Below, in pieces: positions 22,903 through 31,142 of a stretch of 40,914 nt of DNA. Numbering within the stretch: the stretch's first letter is position 1; every line of letters begins with the position of its first letter. The translations under genes were made by a program, and so were the position numbers. The notes beneath the pieces are model-generated. The model was not told the origin of the DNA, did no database searches, and worked only from the letters and a program-made list of their open reading frames with translations. The stretch lies in IMG/VR virus record IMGVR_UViG_3300045988_066297, one strand, 5' to 3'. The DNA is from a virus.

Positions 22903-23209
22903 ATCTCACCTCTACATTCTCCGGGTAGTTTCCCTCCAGGCTCTCTGCTCCGATCTGAAACATCCGTACTGCAGTGTCGATCTCCGGCGTCGGGCCATCC
23001 GGTCGCTCGATCATGATCATGAAGTTGCCTGGATCATCCTGATACATCGGGAGCGCCTCTGGATGATCATGGAGCATATAGTTAATCAGCGTATAGGCCA
23101 GCATGGATACCGACGCGCACACGATGTCGTGTCCCGGGTCGTAGTCTGCATGGCCGATCAGCGTGATCATGGTATTACGATGTTGGTTTAGTATTCGAAT
23201 GTGCGTCAT
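22889..23209 (-). CDS. prp: Prp-family cysteine protease (ribosomal-processing cysteine protease homolog)
   Basis: ITLIGHADYDPGHDIVCASVSMLAYTLINYM... and the C-terminal YPENVEVRY align with the Prp/DUF464 pattern (GHAD..G.DIVCA.VS ... Y.ENI.L.Y) known from S. aureus Prp. It follows the portal gene. Confidence 0.8.
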   Translation of the reverse strand: MTHIRILNQHRNTMITLIGHADYDPGHDIVCASVSMLAYTLINYMLHDHPEALPMYQDDPGNFMIMIERPDGPTPEIDTAVRMFQIGAESLEGNYPENVEVRYDTI

Positions 23210-25001
23210 GTACGTTTACCCTCGTTTCCGGTTCTGCCTGTGCAAGCCCCATACCCTGCATGGCCTGAAGCACACGTGTATCTCCGCCCTGCGCCAGTGC
23301 CTGTGCTGACAGCTGTGCTACCTGCTGCAGCTGCTGGATCTGCTGAGCCATCATGCTGTTCTGCTGGATGCCCTGCCGTACCTTCTCCTTACCCTCAAAG
23401 TCCATCATGTCGATGCACTGAAGGGCCTGCTCTGCCATCTGAGGATTGAAGAAGCCCAGGTTATAGAACTGAAGTGCCAGCTCGTTCTGCGATACCGTAG
23501 TGAACGGGTTCTGCTTCTGTGCTCGTGGATCTACATCGAAGATCGGCTCTTCCGTCTTGAAGTCCTGTCCTGCGATGGACTGCGTGCCGCCAAGCAGGGC
23601 TGCATTGTTCATCGAAACATAGTCCGGCTCTCCACCATCACCTGTGATTCGGAAAGTCCGCTCCGTGTCGTAGAACTGCCGGATCAGCTCAATAGCCATC
23701 TTGCAGATGTCCGTATAGGTCCGATAGCTCCCCTTGATGATGTCTCGCGAGGTCTTGTTGCCGGCCTCCTGCAGCGCCGTGATCGCGCTGGCTGCCGTTA
23801 CGCCGCTCGTGCTGCCGCCCTGGTTGAAATCTCGGTTGGAGCTCGTCTCCTTTAGCTCGTTCACCTTGTCCTGCAGCACATAGAGATACGTGGAGGAAAG
23901 CTGTGGAGTCTCGAATGAGCGCAGGTTATCATCATTCGGTGAGCCAGCCACATGGACGATACGTTTATGAATATCTCTGAACTCCTCCTCGTTGATGCCG
24001 CAGTTGTCCTTTGCGAAATACCGGCGCGTTGCACCCTCCTCCGCATTGATGATAATGGCAGCGCCAAGTCTGTCGATGTACTCCTGCGCGTCCTTTTCAA
24101 CATCGATGATACCGAAGCCGGCTGGCGTACCCTTCTCCGGGTAAAGCACGTCCATCACGAACGGGTACTGGCCGTGATCGTAGATGCCGTTCTCGTATGC
24201 AGGATCGTTTTCAGAAGCAAACAGGACTGTATCTCCGCAGTATTTCACTAAATGGACCTGCGTGCCGTTCTCGACCTTCACCTTGTAGTACCAGTCAACG
24301 ACGATCGACTTCTCCGTCGTATCTACTGTGTCATCGTAGTGGTACTGCTTCCGGTCAATGGTGGTGCCAGACAGCTTTCCGACGAGCTCCGGGTACTGGT
24401 GCTCGAGTGAGTCGTTATCCTGTAGAGACAGCACGAACAGGTTCTTCGACTCCTGGATGTCCTGGATGCCCGGCTCCCAGTAAAACGACAACATATCGAC
24501 CGGACGGATATCAATGTCTCCGGTGCCGTGTCGCATGTCCTGATTCCAAAGAACAGCATAAACGGATGTGCCGTGCTTCAGCTTGTCCCACCAGTTGTCC
24601 GAGTAAGTCTTTTCGAAGTTGCAGTTATCGAAGATCACTGGCAGCACGCTCGACAGCATGTGCGCGGTGTCCTCGTCGTTACGCTCTCGTGGCAGCACGA
24701 TCGGCGTCGGGAAGTTGTCCATCGCGTCTGCGTGCTTGTTGATGATCGAGTTGAAGAGCCAGGCGGATGTGCTCTGCTCCTGTCTCTCCATCGTGTCACG
24801 GTGAAAGTTCTTCCAGTGCTGCAGCTTCCACCAGTCCTCATTGTCAACGATGCGCCTGTCCAGCTCCTGTTTACCGGCGATGTACTTCTCCAGCGTCTGC
24901 TGCGCGGTCTGTACAGCCAGCGTGTCGATCGGGCCGGAGTTTTTCTCCGGCTCCGGTGACTGCTGCTGTGGTTGCACCTCTACATTATCAATCGTTACCA
25001 T
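23175..25001 (-). CDS. Portal protein (SPP1 gp6-like)
   Basis: 608 aa immediately downstream of TerL (start overlaps the TerL stop). It has the size, position and N-terminal DNEDWWKLQHW-type segment typical of gp6-like portals. Confidence 0.8.
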   Translation of the reverse strand: MVTIDNVEVQPQQQSPEPEKNSGPIDTLAVQTAQQTLEKYIAGKQELDRRIVDNEDWWKLQHWKNFHRDTMERQEQSTSAWLFNSIINKHADAMDNFPTPIVLPRERNDEDTAHMLSSVLPVIFDNCNFEKTYSDNWWDKLKHGTSVYAVLWNQDMRHGTGDIDIRPVDMLSFYWEPGIQDIQESKNLFVLSLQDNDSLEHQYPELVGKLSGTTIDRKQYHYDDTVDTTEKSIVVDWYYKVKVENGTQVHLVKYCGDTVLFASENDPAYENGIYDHGQYPFVMDVLYPEKGTPAGFGIIDVEKDAQEYIDRLGAAIIINAEEGATRRYFAKDNCGINEEEFRDIHKRIVHVAGSPNDDNLRSFETPQLSSTYLYVLQDKVNELKETSSNRDFNQGGSTSGVTAASAITALQEAGNKTSRDIIKGSYRTYTDICKMAIELIRQFYDTERTFRITGDGGEPDYVSMNNAALLGGTQSIAGQDFKTEEPIFDVDPRAQKQNPFTTVSQNELALQFYNLGFFNPQMAEQALQCIDMMDFEGKEKVRQGIQQNSMMAQQIQQLQQVAQLSAQALAQGGDTRVLQAMQGMGLAQAEPETRVNVHDAHSNTKPTS

Positions 25002-26395
25002 TAGTTATCTCTCCTTGCTGGCATGATCTCGAGCGGATCTTCCGGTGGAAGCGGGTCACGCTCGGTGAAATGTTTCATGTTCTGACGTGGGTTCAGCGGT
25101 CGTTCCTGGAATACGTACCGTGTCTCGTCGTAGATGTGATCCTCCATGTCTGTGTCGATGTCCTCGACGTGCTTATCGTCATAGATCAGTAATGGGATGG
25201 TGCGGATGAACTGCTTGCAGGACTTGAAGCAGTAAAACATCGGGATTCCCTCGCGGTCGAATGACAGCCGGTAATGGAACTGCATCAGACCAGCGATGCG
25301 CGTATGATCGCCCCTGCTGTTGTATACTCCTGCTCGTTCAAACATGTCCTCGATAGACTCTCCGGTGTCTGAGCCCCAGATTGCCGGATCTGCGATGCCG
25401 TAGACCCTCCGCCCCCGTATGTTCGGATCAGTGCGTTCGATCTCTTTAATTCGTTCCGCAATCTCCGGTACTGTGAGCTGCCGGCCTGTGTTCGGCTCTG
25501 ATGTGCAGCCATAGTCCTCTCTGATCCGATACAGGATGCCGTCATGATCGAGTGCAAACCACCCGACACTGTAAGGCTTGCTGTAGCCGTGGTCATAGCC
25601 TCTGTAGATCTTCCATGTGGGCGGTATCGTGAAGTCGTCAATCACGTGCGTCCACCGCCGGTCCTGGTAGTGTGCTGGATCATCGGTCCACTCGTTGAAT
25701 ACCTGGCCGATGAAGCTATCCCAGTCTCCCTCAAGCCATGCCTTCCGCTTCGCCTCTGGCAATGCTTCCAGCGCGCGCACATACTCCGGGTCTTTCTCCA
25801 TCAGGACGGCGTTGTCGTAGACCAGCGACTGAATGAAGCTGTAGTCCTCCGGATACTCATTCTCCGTGTACTGCCGTGTGATGAACAGCCGCTTGATATA
25901 TCCATGTCCCTTGCCTCCCGGGTTGCAGGTGTAGTAGGTCCGTCGTGGGAAGTCCGATGTACCTCTGACGCAGGCGTTGAGATCCTTGATCTGCTGCTCC
26001 GTGAGCTGCGTCGCCTCATCGATGTAGAGGATATCTACCTCAGTACCTTGGTACCGGTCAGTATCTGAATCCGTTGCACAGTAACCGAATAGAATCGTGC
26101 TGCCGTTTGGAAACGTCATGATCTTATCAGAGTTATTGTACTTTATCGGGCAGCCTGGCGCACCAACATGCAGCAACCGTATCAATGGTCGTATGTGGTT
26201 TGCCTTGAGCTCAGAATATGTCCGTCTGATAACCATCTGCTTGATGCCTTGATAACTGTTGGCCATGAGAATGAGCTTTGCACGTACCGCCCAGCTCTTT
26301 CCACCACCTCTGGCACCGCCAAAGGCCACATGTCGGTGATGATCTCTCAGAAACCTGTCCTGCTTCACATTCGGACTACCAATATCTACATTCAT
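25001..26395 (-). CDS. terL: Terminase large subunit
   Basis: Walker A FGGARGGGKSWA, Walker B-like ILYIDEATQL, and a C-terminal nuclease-type region (YGIADPAIW...D). 464 aa, overlapping TerS (ATGA). Confidence 0.9.
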   Translation of the reverse strand: MNVDIGSPNVKQDRFLRDHHRHVAFGGARGGGKSWAVRAKLILMANSYQGIKQMVIRRTYSELKANHIRPLIRLLHVGAPGCPIKYNNSDKIMTFPNGSTILFGYCATDSDTDRYQGTEVDILYIDEATQLTEQQIKDLNACVRGTSDFPRRTYYTCNPGGKGHGYIKRLFITRQYTENEYPEDYSFIQSLVYDNAVLMEKDPEYVRALEALPEAKRKAWLEGDWDSFIGQVFNEWTDDPAHYQDRRWTHVIDDFTIPPTWKIYRGYDHGYSKPYSVGWFALDHDGILYRIREDYGCTSEPNTGRQLTVPEIAERIKEIERTDPNIRGRRVYGIADPAIWGSDTGESIEDMFERAGVYNSRGDHTRIAGLMQFHYRLSFDREGIPMFYCFKSCKQFIRTIPLLIYDDKHVEDIDTDMEDHIYDETRYVFQERPLNPRQNMKHFTERDPLPPEDPLEIMPARRDN

Positions 26396-26709
26396 CCTGT
26401 GTAATCATCCCCTCCGTTGATCGTGATCTGGATCGAGTTGTCCGTCGTCTGCTCCTGATCCGGGTGCTGGCCGAGCATCTTCATGAGAAACTCGAGTGAG
26501 TTCAGATTCCCCTTCTTTGCCAACTTCTTCTGTGCTGACAGCATGGTCTCGATCTCTTCCTCTGTGAGATCGTCTGCCAGAGCCTGTTTGAACGTCTTTA
26601 TGTTTTGTCGTGCTTTTCCTGAAGCAATGCCGCCCTTCCTTCCCCTCTCTCGTGCTTCTGTCGCGGTTGGTCGCCTAAGGTTCGCGTCCTGCTTTGGGTT
26701 ACGGGCCAT
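26392..26709 (-). CDS. terS: Terminase small subunit candidate
   Basis: 105-aa basic protein (RKGGIASGKAR...) immediately upstream of and overlapping terL. It is the first gene of the late operon. Confidence 0.55.
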   Translation of the reverse strand: MARNPKQDANLRRPTATEARERGRKGGIASGKARQNIKTFKQALADDLTEEEIETMLSAQKKLAKKGNLNSLEFLMKMLGQHPDQEQTTDNSIQITINGGDDYTG

Positions 26710-26780
26710 AGAACTCAGCCCCTTTCTGTGTGTTTAATAGTGTCACCTCTGCCGTGGTCTCTCCCATGAGTCATAATGAT

Positions 26781-26818
26781 ATTTTCGGGCATGTTTTCGT
26801 AAAAACAAACCGACCTAT
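26781..26818 (-). promoter_or_regulatory. Late promoter candidate 1 (ATAGGTCGGT + 22 nt + GAAAAT; TATCAT 5 nt further), upstream of terS
   Basis: Minus strand reads ATAGGTCGGT (26818-26809), 22 nt, then GAAAAT (26786-26781). It follows the early-operon terminator. Confidence 0.5.
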
Positions 26819-26830
26819 TTTATGGAATGT

Positions 26831-26867
26831 GGAAAACAAAAAGAGGGCTGCCAACTAGCAGCTCTCT
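26831..26867 (-). terminator. Rho-independent terminator ending the early operon
   Basis: Minus-strand RNA AGAGAGCUGC-UAGUUG-GCAGCCCUCU (9 bp with 1 mismatch), followed by UUUUGUUUU. It lies right after the stop at 26872. Confidence 0.7.
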
Positions 26868-26871
26868 TTTA

Positions 26872-27294
26872 TCACTTATTATTGACTGTCTCTTCGATAT
26901 GTTGACCTCTGAAATTGATCCGGAAAAGCTCGTGATTATCCAATAATACCGATATATCGACATCAAGTAGGCCAATCCTTTGACTGCAAATGTTCATGCG
27001 GCCTTCCTCCATAAGCTTTCGCGCAACTTCCGGCTCGTATCCCATGCTTCTCAGTGTGTCTTTGATTTTTTCGTCGAGCCAATATATACACTGATCGTAG
27101 CTAGATGGACTACCCCATAATGCTTCGAGTTCTTCACTCAATGGGAGTCTACAATCATTAAGATTGTATCGAGCAGGACGTAACATATTAAAGTTCCGAA
27201 GATATGCTCTATAGTCATCTCTCCACGAATGTATCCCAGATACATGAGCACAGTCATCAATGTCTGAATTCCGAGAACCGTTTCCATCGTTCAT
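26872..27294 (-). CDS. Hypothetical protein, last early gene (positional candidate for a late-gene activator)
   Basis: I prefer the ATG at 27294 because it has a GAGGAGG RBS (the ORF-track start is 27324). No recognisable motif. The regulator idea rests on position only. Confidence 0.4.
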   Translation of the reverse strand: MNDGNGSRNSDIDDCAHVSGIHSWRDDYRAYLRNFNMLRPARYNLNDCRLPLSEELEALWGSPSSYDQCIYWLDEKIKDTLRSMGYEPEVARKLMEEGRMNICSQRIGLLDVDISVLLDNHELFRINFRGQHIEETVNNK

Positions 27295-27355
27295 AGCTCC
27301 TCCTCTATAAAAATCTGTAATCAATCAAAGAATATTTGTTTTGCTTTATACCTTC

Positions 27356-27685
27356 TCACCTCATATATTGTAGCACATATTCAATCGTCATTGCCTGCGG
27401 AGACTCAATCCAACACACTAATTCATGTCCCTGATACAAAGCAGCCATGATAACGAAGAAGGCAATAAAAGAGAGAAACATTATCACCTCGAAATAATCC
27501 TCTTGTTTTTTTACGCAGACGATGATCCATACCAGTAGTATTAAAAACGCAATCGCCATAACGGCACACATAAATATGTGATGTACAATATTCATTCTCG
27601 AAAGTTCTGGTACGATCTGCTCAGCTGGGACGCCGAGTTTTCTAGCTATCTCCTCGATAACTCCCATTGCAATATCTACGTTCAT
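27356..27685 (-). CDS. Small membrane protein (2 TM helices)
   Basis: 109 aa with hydrophobic segments HIFMCAVMAIAFLILLVWIIVCV and VIMFLSFIAFFVIMAAL. Confidence 0.55.
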   Translation of the reverse strand: MNVDIAMGVIEEIARKLGVPAEQIVPELSRMNIVHHIFMCAVMAIAFLILLVWIIVCVKKQEDYFEVIMFLSFIAFFVIMAALYQGHELVCWIESPQAMTIEYVLQYMR

Positions 27686-27699
27686 TCATCTACCTCCTA

Positions 27700-28014
27700 T
27701 CAATCGTTGATAATTTTGATTCCATACTCGACGCATGCCATGTGCTCTATCCGACAGCCTCGGTTCTCATCCCATCTATTCTCCCATCCGCTAACGAAGT
27801 ATGCCGCGTCGGCTCCTGATAAGATCCTAAGCGACTCGCCGAGGTACCATAGTGGACTTTCGCTATCTTCTTCGGTGATCGAGTCTATGATGTAGGCCTT
27901 CTCCCCGGTGCATGCAGCGTAAGCCTGACACTCGTCGATTGCTTTAGCGCGCTCCGCCTTGATCTCCGCATCTGTTTTGTTTCTCCTTGACTGCGATATA
28001 AAAATTTGCATCAT
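27700..28014 (-). CDS. DUF4406 / nucleoside 2-deoxyribosyltransferase-like protein
   Basis: PLWYLGESLRILSGADAAYFVSGWENRWDENRGCRIEHMACVEYGIKI matches the DUF4406 pattern (...L..cDa.y...GWe.S.G...E...A...G..i). Confidence 0.55.
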   Translation of the reverse strand: MMQIFISQSRRNKTDAEIKAERAKAIDECQAYAACTGEKAYIIDSITEEDSESPLWYLGESLRILSGADAAYFVSGWENRWDENRGCRIEHMACVEYGIKIIND

Positions 28015-28038
28015 CTGCCCCCTACCATTTTGGTAATA

Positions 28039-28635
28039 TCAACAAATTTGTTTCGATCTCTTATTCCACCACTCTGAGAGCTCTTTCAGACCATCCTTCT
28101 CTCGAATGATGTTACCCATCCAGTCGATGCGATAGGTGCTTTCAGAGCTTTTACGAACACCACATCCATCACATCTGACTGTCACAGGGATTGAGAGTGT
28201 CACTCCATCGTAATGACCGCTCAAATGATTAATTTTAATATTCGGAGTCTCACCGCAAAACGGGCAAGGCTTTAAAGGCGATATGCGATTCTTGTTCCAC
28301 GTTACAAAGTTCGTGATTTTACTGAGTAACTTACTCGGCTTTCCGTCAAAGCAAATCGCCCTGTCATCGATATAAACAACCGCAGGTGGCTTCTCTGCCA
28401 TGACCGCATCCACTTCGATGCCGTTTTTCTTGAGGTAGTATTTAACAGCTTTCATTCCTTCCGGCACGATACACCTGCTGGAAACAACCACGACATTGTA
28501 CAGTTTCCGAATATCAGCAATCGCCTCGCGAATGCCAAAAACAGGTGCGTCGGGAATAACGTCGGCCCCCTGCCACGGAGACGTATAGCTATGGATTACG
28601 CCATCAAAATCAAATACTACGGTTTCTTTTTTCAT
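28039..28635 (-). CDS. Fusion protein: HAD-type phosphatase (N) + Lar-family restriction-alleviation zinc ribbon (C)
   Basis: N-terminal HAD motif I VVFDFDGVIH, with VVVVSSR as a possible motif II. The C-terminal CPFCGETP...VRCDGCGV...ELSEWWNKR matches the Lar family pattern (CPFCG ... C..C ... WN.R). Confidence 0.6.
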   Translation of the reverse strand: MKKETVVFDFDGVIHSYTSPWQGADVIPDAPVFGIREAIADIRKLYNVVVVSSRCIVPEGMKAVKYYLKKNGIEVDAVMAEKPPAVVYIDDRAICFDGKPSKLLSKITNFVTWNKNRISPLKPCPFCGETPNIKINHLSGHYDGVTLSIPVTVRCDGCGVRKSSESTYRIDWMGNIIREKDGLKELSEWWNKRSKQIC

Positions 28636-28790
28636 TCTTCCACCCTCTCATTCTTCTGCTTACCCTTAATATATTTACGAATCACCGCCTGCACGTCCTC
28701 ATAGCAGCGCTTATCCGTCGTCTCCATCTGAATGCGATACAGCCGTTCACCTTTTTCATTATGTGTAAGTTGCGAATTAAAGCCTGTCAT
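28632..28790 (-). CDS. Small hypothetical protein (52 aa)
   Basis: I prefer the ATG at 28790, just after the upstream stop, with a GGGTGGA RBS (the ORF-track start at 28859 would overlap the upstream gene by 68 nt). Confidence 0.4.
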   Translation of the reverse strand: MTGFNSQLTHNEKGERLYRIQMETTDKRCYEDVQAVIRKYIKGKQKNERVEE

Positions 28791-28791
28791 C

Positions 28792-29202
28792 TTATTCCAC
28801 CCTCTCAATCTTCGGGATCGGCTCATTGCCATACTGCATCGGTTCACTGGCTCGGACATCCCATTCTAGTTTTGTCGGAGCATCTAACCATTCCTGATGC
28901 CGTAGCACGTCATAAACGGTTTCCAGCTCCAGCACTGTGATAGATTTCATGGTGCTGGTATTCTGCCAGCAGCCGTGCATCACGCCATCGAGCACAGGTC
29001 TGATCGCCTCACGAGTTCTATAATAGTTTACAAATACCCGCTTGCCCTCATCGGTGCTTGTATTAAACTCGATATTATCCCCCATTGTTACAAGCCACTC
29101 GGTCAGATCATCCGCCTGTCCCATTCCGGTACGCATCATCAGGTTAACCGCACGAAGAACAGCGTTGAGCTGCACATCTGTTAATTCAATTCTGTACTTC
29201 AT
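28792..29202 (-). CDS. Hypothetical protein
   Basis: 136-aa ORF with an ATGA overlap to the upstream gene. No motif recognised. Confidence 0.5.
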   Translation of the reverse strand: MKYRIELTDVQLNAVLRAVNLMMRTGMGQADDLTEWLVTMGDNIEFNTSTDEGKRVFVNYYRTREAIRPVLDGVMHGCWQNTSTMKSITVLELETVYDVLRHQEWLDAPTKLEWDVRASEPMQYGNEPIPKIERVE

Positions 29203-29393
29203 TCTTCCACCACCTTGAAAGTCTCTTCAAAATCAGCCTTACCGATTTTTATGGTAATGTTCTTATAGTTGAGTAAGACCATGTTTCCATCTGCTTCCGC
29301 TTTCCACTTTTGCTGTGGATATACTCCAATGCTACAACAAGCCCCATCAGGGCACATGAACATTAATACGCTGCCTTTAGGTCTAACGATCAT
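29199..29393 (-). CDS. Hypothetical protein
   Basis: 64-aa ORF with an ATGA overlap to the upstream gene. No motif recognised. Confidence 0.45.
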   Translation of the reverse strand: MIVRPKGSVLMFMCPDGACCSIGVYPQQKWKAEADGNMVLLNYKNITIKIGKADFEETFKVVEE

Positions 29394-30025
29394 TCATCCT
29401 CCTTCTCCTTCATCCATTCTGCAATCGTGATTTGTCCCTTGATCGTGTCGTCCTGCGTCCACCAGCGGAATACGTCCTCGCCGGTTTCCCAATTGCAGAC
29501 CATTCCGCGCTCCTTCCGCTTCTTATTCATCCGGTCGAATGCACGAATGTAGTTTTCTTTGAACTTCGGATAGTCGCTGAATTCTTTCGCGATTACCTTC
29601 TTCGACGCCATCGGGCATCCGATACACCCAACGCGCGTATAACCTCTATCATAGAGTGGGTTGTACTTTATACCGTTCTCACGAATGAAATCCCAAATAT
29701 CAGTTGCTTTCCACTCGATAATCGTATTAACCATTAAGTCGGAATTTTTCTTCGCGGCCGTGATTAACTTACAATCCCATACCTCATCACGTGTCTGCGC
29801 TTCTTCGTATACTTCCGCTGAATGCTCATATGTAAAACCGCTGGACTTGAATTTCGTTTGGCCTCGAATCTCAAAGTCGTTTCTACTAGAACGTTGAATT
29901 GATTCCTCTCGCCTTACGCCAAGGGCTACAATTCTGTTTGGCGTTGATTGTTCCTTGAGGACTTGGCAACAATATCTTGCAATACGCGTCGGTGGAACAT
30001 TCTTATGCACAATCAGCTTCCACAT
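29390..30025 (-). pseudogene. PAPS reductase / CysH-like PP-loop protein, C-terminal fragment (after frameshift)
   Basis: MWKLIVHKNVPPTRIARYCCQVLKE...VGCIGCPMA is typical of phage PAPS-reductase-family proteins. It joins the N-terminal fragment if one G is removed from the G8 run (C8 on plus, 30035-30042). Confidence 0.75.
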
Positions 30026-30317
30026 ATTCGTCGGCCCCCCCCTTGTACGTCGGATAGAGAATGGTCGCCATGCCCCCTCGAGCTCGTTCAGCCGCAAAGA
30101 CTTCCCGAATGTGGTAGACCGTTTCCGGCGCGTCAACCGTCGTGTGCGAGTTGATAAGCTCGTACTTGATACCGCTCATCCGAGTGAGTGCCAGCAGTAC
30201 GTCCGAGTCCTTGCCACCGCTATAAGCGATAATCAATGGCTTGCCGTAATACTGTTCGGACATCTTCGCCGCGAGCTGCAGCTTCTTAATGGCGCGGTCA
30301 ATTAATTCATGTTTCAT
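30003..30317 (-). pseudogene. PAPS reductase / CysH-like PP-loop protein, N-terminal fragment (before frameshift)
   Basis: PP-loop PLIIAYSGGKDSDVLLAL. The frame ends 10 codons after the homopolymer. A G7 tract would give ...ILYPTYKGGPTNMWKLIVHK..., a continuous 308-aa protein. Confidence 0.75.
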
Positions 30318-30370
30318 CCTTTCCGTCCTTCCGCAAATTCATCTAAACAATATGCTTTCATGCCATCACC

Positions 30371-30436
30371 TCACATCGTAGTGACCAGCCATACCACGAA
30401 ACCGACGGCTGCCATTGCAATAAACATCTCAGTCAT
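30371..30436 (-). CDS. Tiny hydrophobic peptide (21 aa)
   Basis: AAAGGAGGAAAC RBS then ATG. MTEMFIAMAAVGFVVWLVTTM forms a single TM-like helix. It is below the ORF-track cutoff. Confidence 0.35.
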   Translation of the reverse strand: MTEMFIAMAAVGFVVWLVTTM

Positions 30437-30457
30437 GTTTCCTCCTTTTCCGTTTAT

Positions 30458-30538
30458 TCATCTAAACAGTATCGCCACAATCAGTACGATCATGGCGAGT
30501 ACCGTAATCAACAGTATCAGATTGACCAAATCAGTCAT
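30458..30538 (-). CDS. Tiny hydrophobic peptide (26 aa)
   Basis: GGGAGGAGATCA RBS then ATG, overlapping the upstream stop. MTDLVNLILLITVLAMIVLIVAILFR forms a single TM-like helix. Confidence 0.35.
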   Translation of the reverse strand: MTDLVNLILLITVLAMIVLIVAILFR

Positions 30539-31142
30539 TGATCTCCTCCCAGGTAAATCTCCCCTTGCCTGAGTTACGCCACTGTCCCAACCCCTTGTAC
30601 CGACCGTAGTTCAGCCATTCGCGGACCGCTGCTGCATGCTTGTCCTCCAGGCATTCGACCGTGAACTCGATCCAGCTTCCGGTTGGAACCGCTTCCGAAT
30701 TCGCAAGCGCTACACGCTCGCCCATCGCTGTAGCAGCACGCAGCGGTCTCTGACAGTTCCCCATCGGGCCGGACATGTGGATCTGGATCATGCGAGGAAA
30801 GACGAAGATGCAGCCGTCGATGATCTTCTTAAAAGCCTTGATGCTGCACGACTCCTTCGAGTAGTCCTGCCCCTTGCAGCGAGACAATGCGCTGCATGTG
30901 TCCTTGAAGAATCCCTTGATCTGGTAGTCCCAGAACATCGGCGTCTCTCCATCCTCAATGCGTGGAAATACGGTCATCTCCTTGTGCTCTACCTCGTCTG
31001 CGCCGAGTGCAGCGACCTCTTCCTCTCTCGATGGTGCGTCCGGTGCCTTGCTGGCGATGAACTCGCTGTGCACCTTCTTGTCTGCGTTTGCTGTACCTAA
31101 AACGTCCTCAGTAAATGTTAATCTTACGTGTACCGTTTCCAT
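30531..31142 (-). CDS. RAMP-like protein (Cas7/Csm3-like motif pattern), function unknown
   Basis: The ATG at 31142 has an AAGGAG RBS and gives 203 aa. Motif order: VHVRLTFTEDVLGT (beta1 + G), DYQIKGFFKDTCSAL (like the s.lKG.lR motif), RPLRAATAMGERVALANSEAVPTGSWIEFTVECL (like R...tG....l...E.vp.G..f.f.i) and a C-terminal glycine-rich loop GLGQWRNSGKGRF (GhGxxxxxGxG). The similarity is judged by eye only. Confidence 0.3.
   Translation of the reverse strand: METVHVRLTFTEDVLGTANADKKVHSEFIASKAPDAPSREEEVAALGADEVEHKEMTVFPRIEDGETPMFWDYQIKGFFKDTCSALSRCKGQDYSKESCSIKAFKKIIDGCIFVFPRMIQIHMSGPMGNCQRPLRAATAMGERVALANSEAVPTGSWIEFTVECLEDKHAAAVREWLNYGRYKGLGQWRNSGKGRFTWEEIND

Noticed and set aside
24197-24742. 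181-aa plus-strand ORF, and several 60-143-aa ORFs, antisense to the portal gene
   Set aside because: They are shadow ORFs with P/R/S/C-rich composition, no RBS, and full overlap with a well-supported portal gene.
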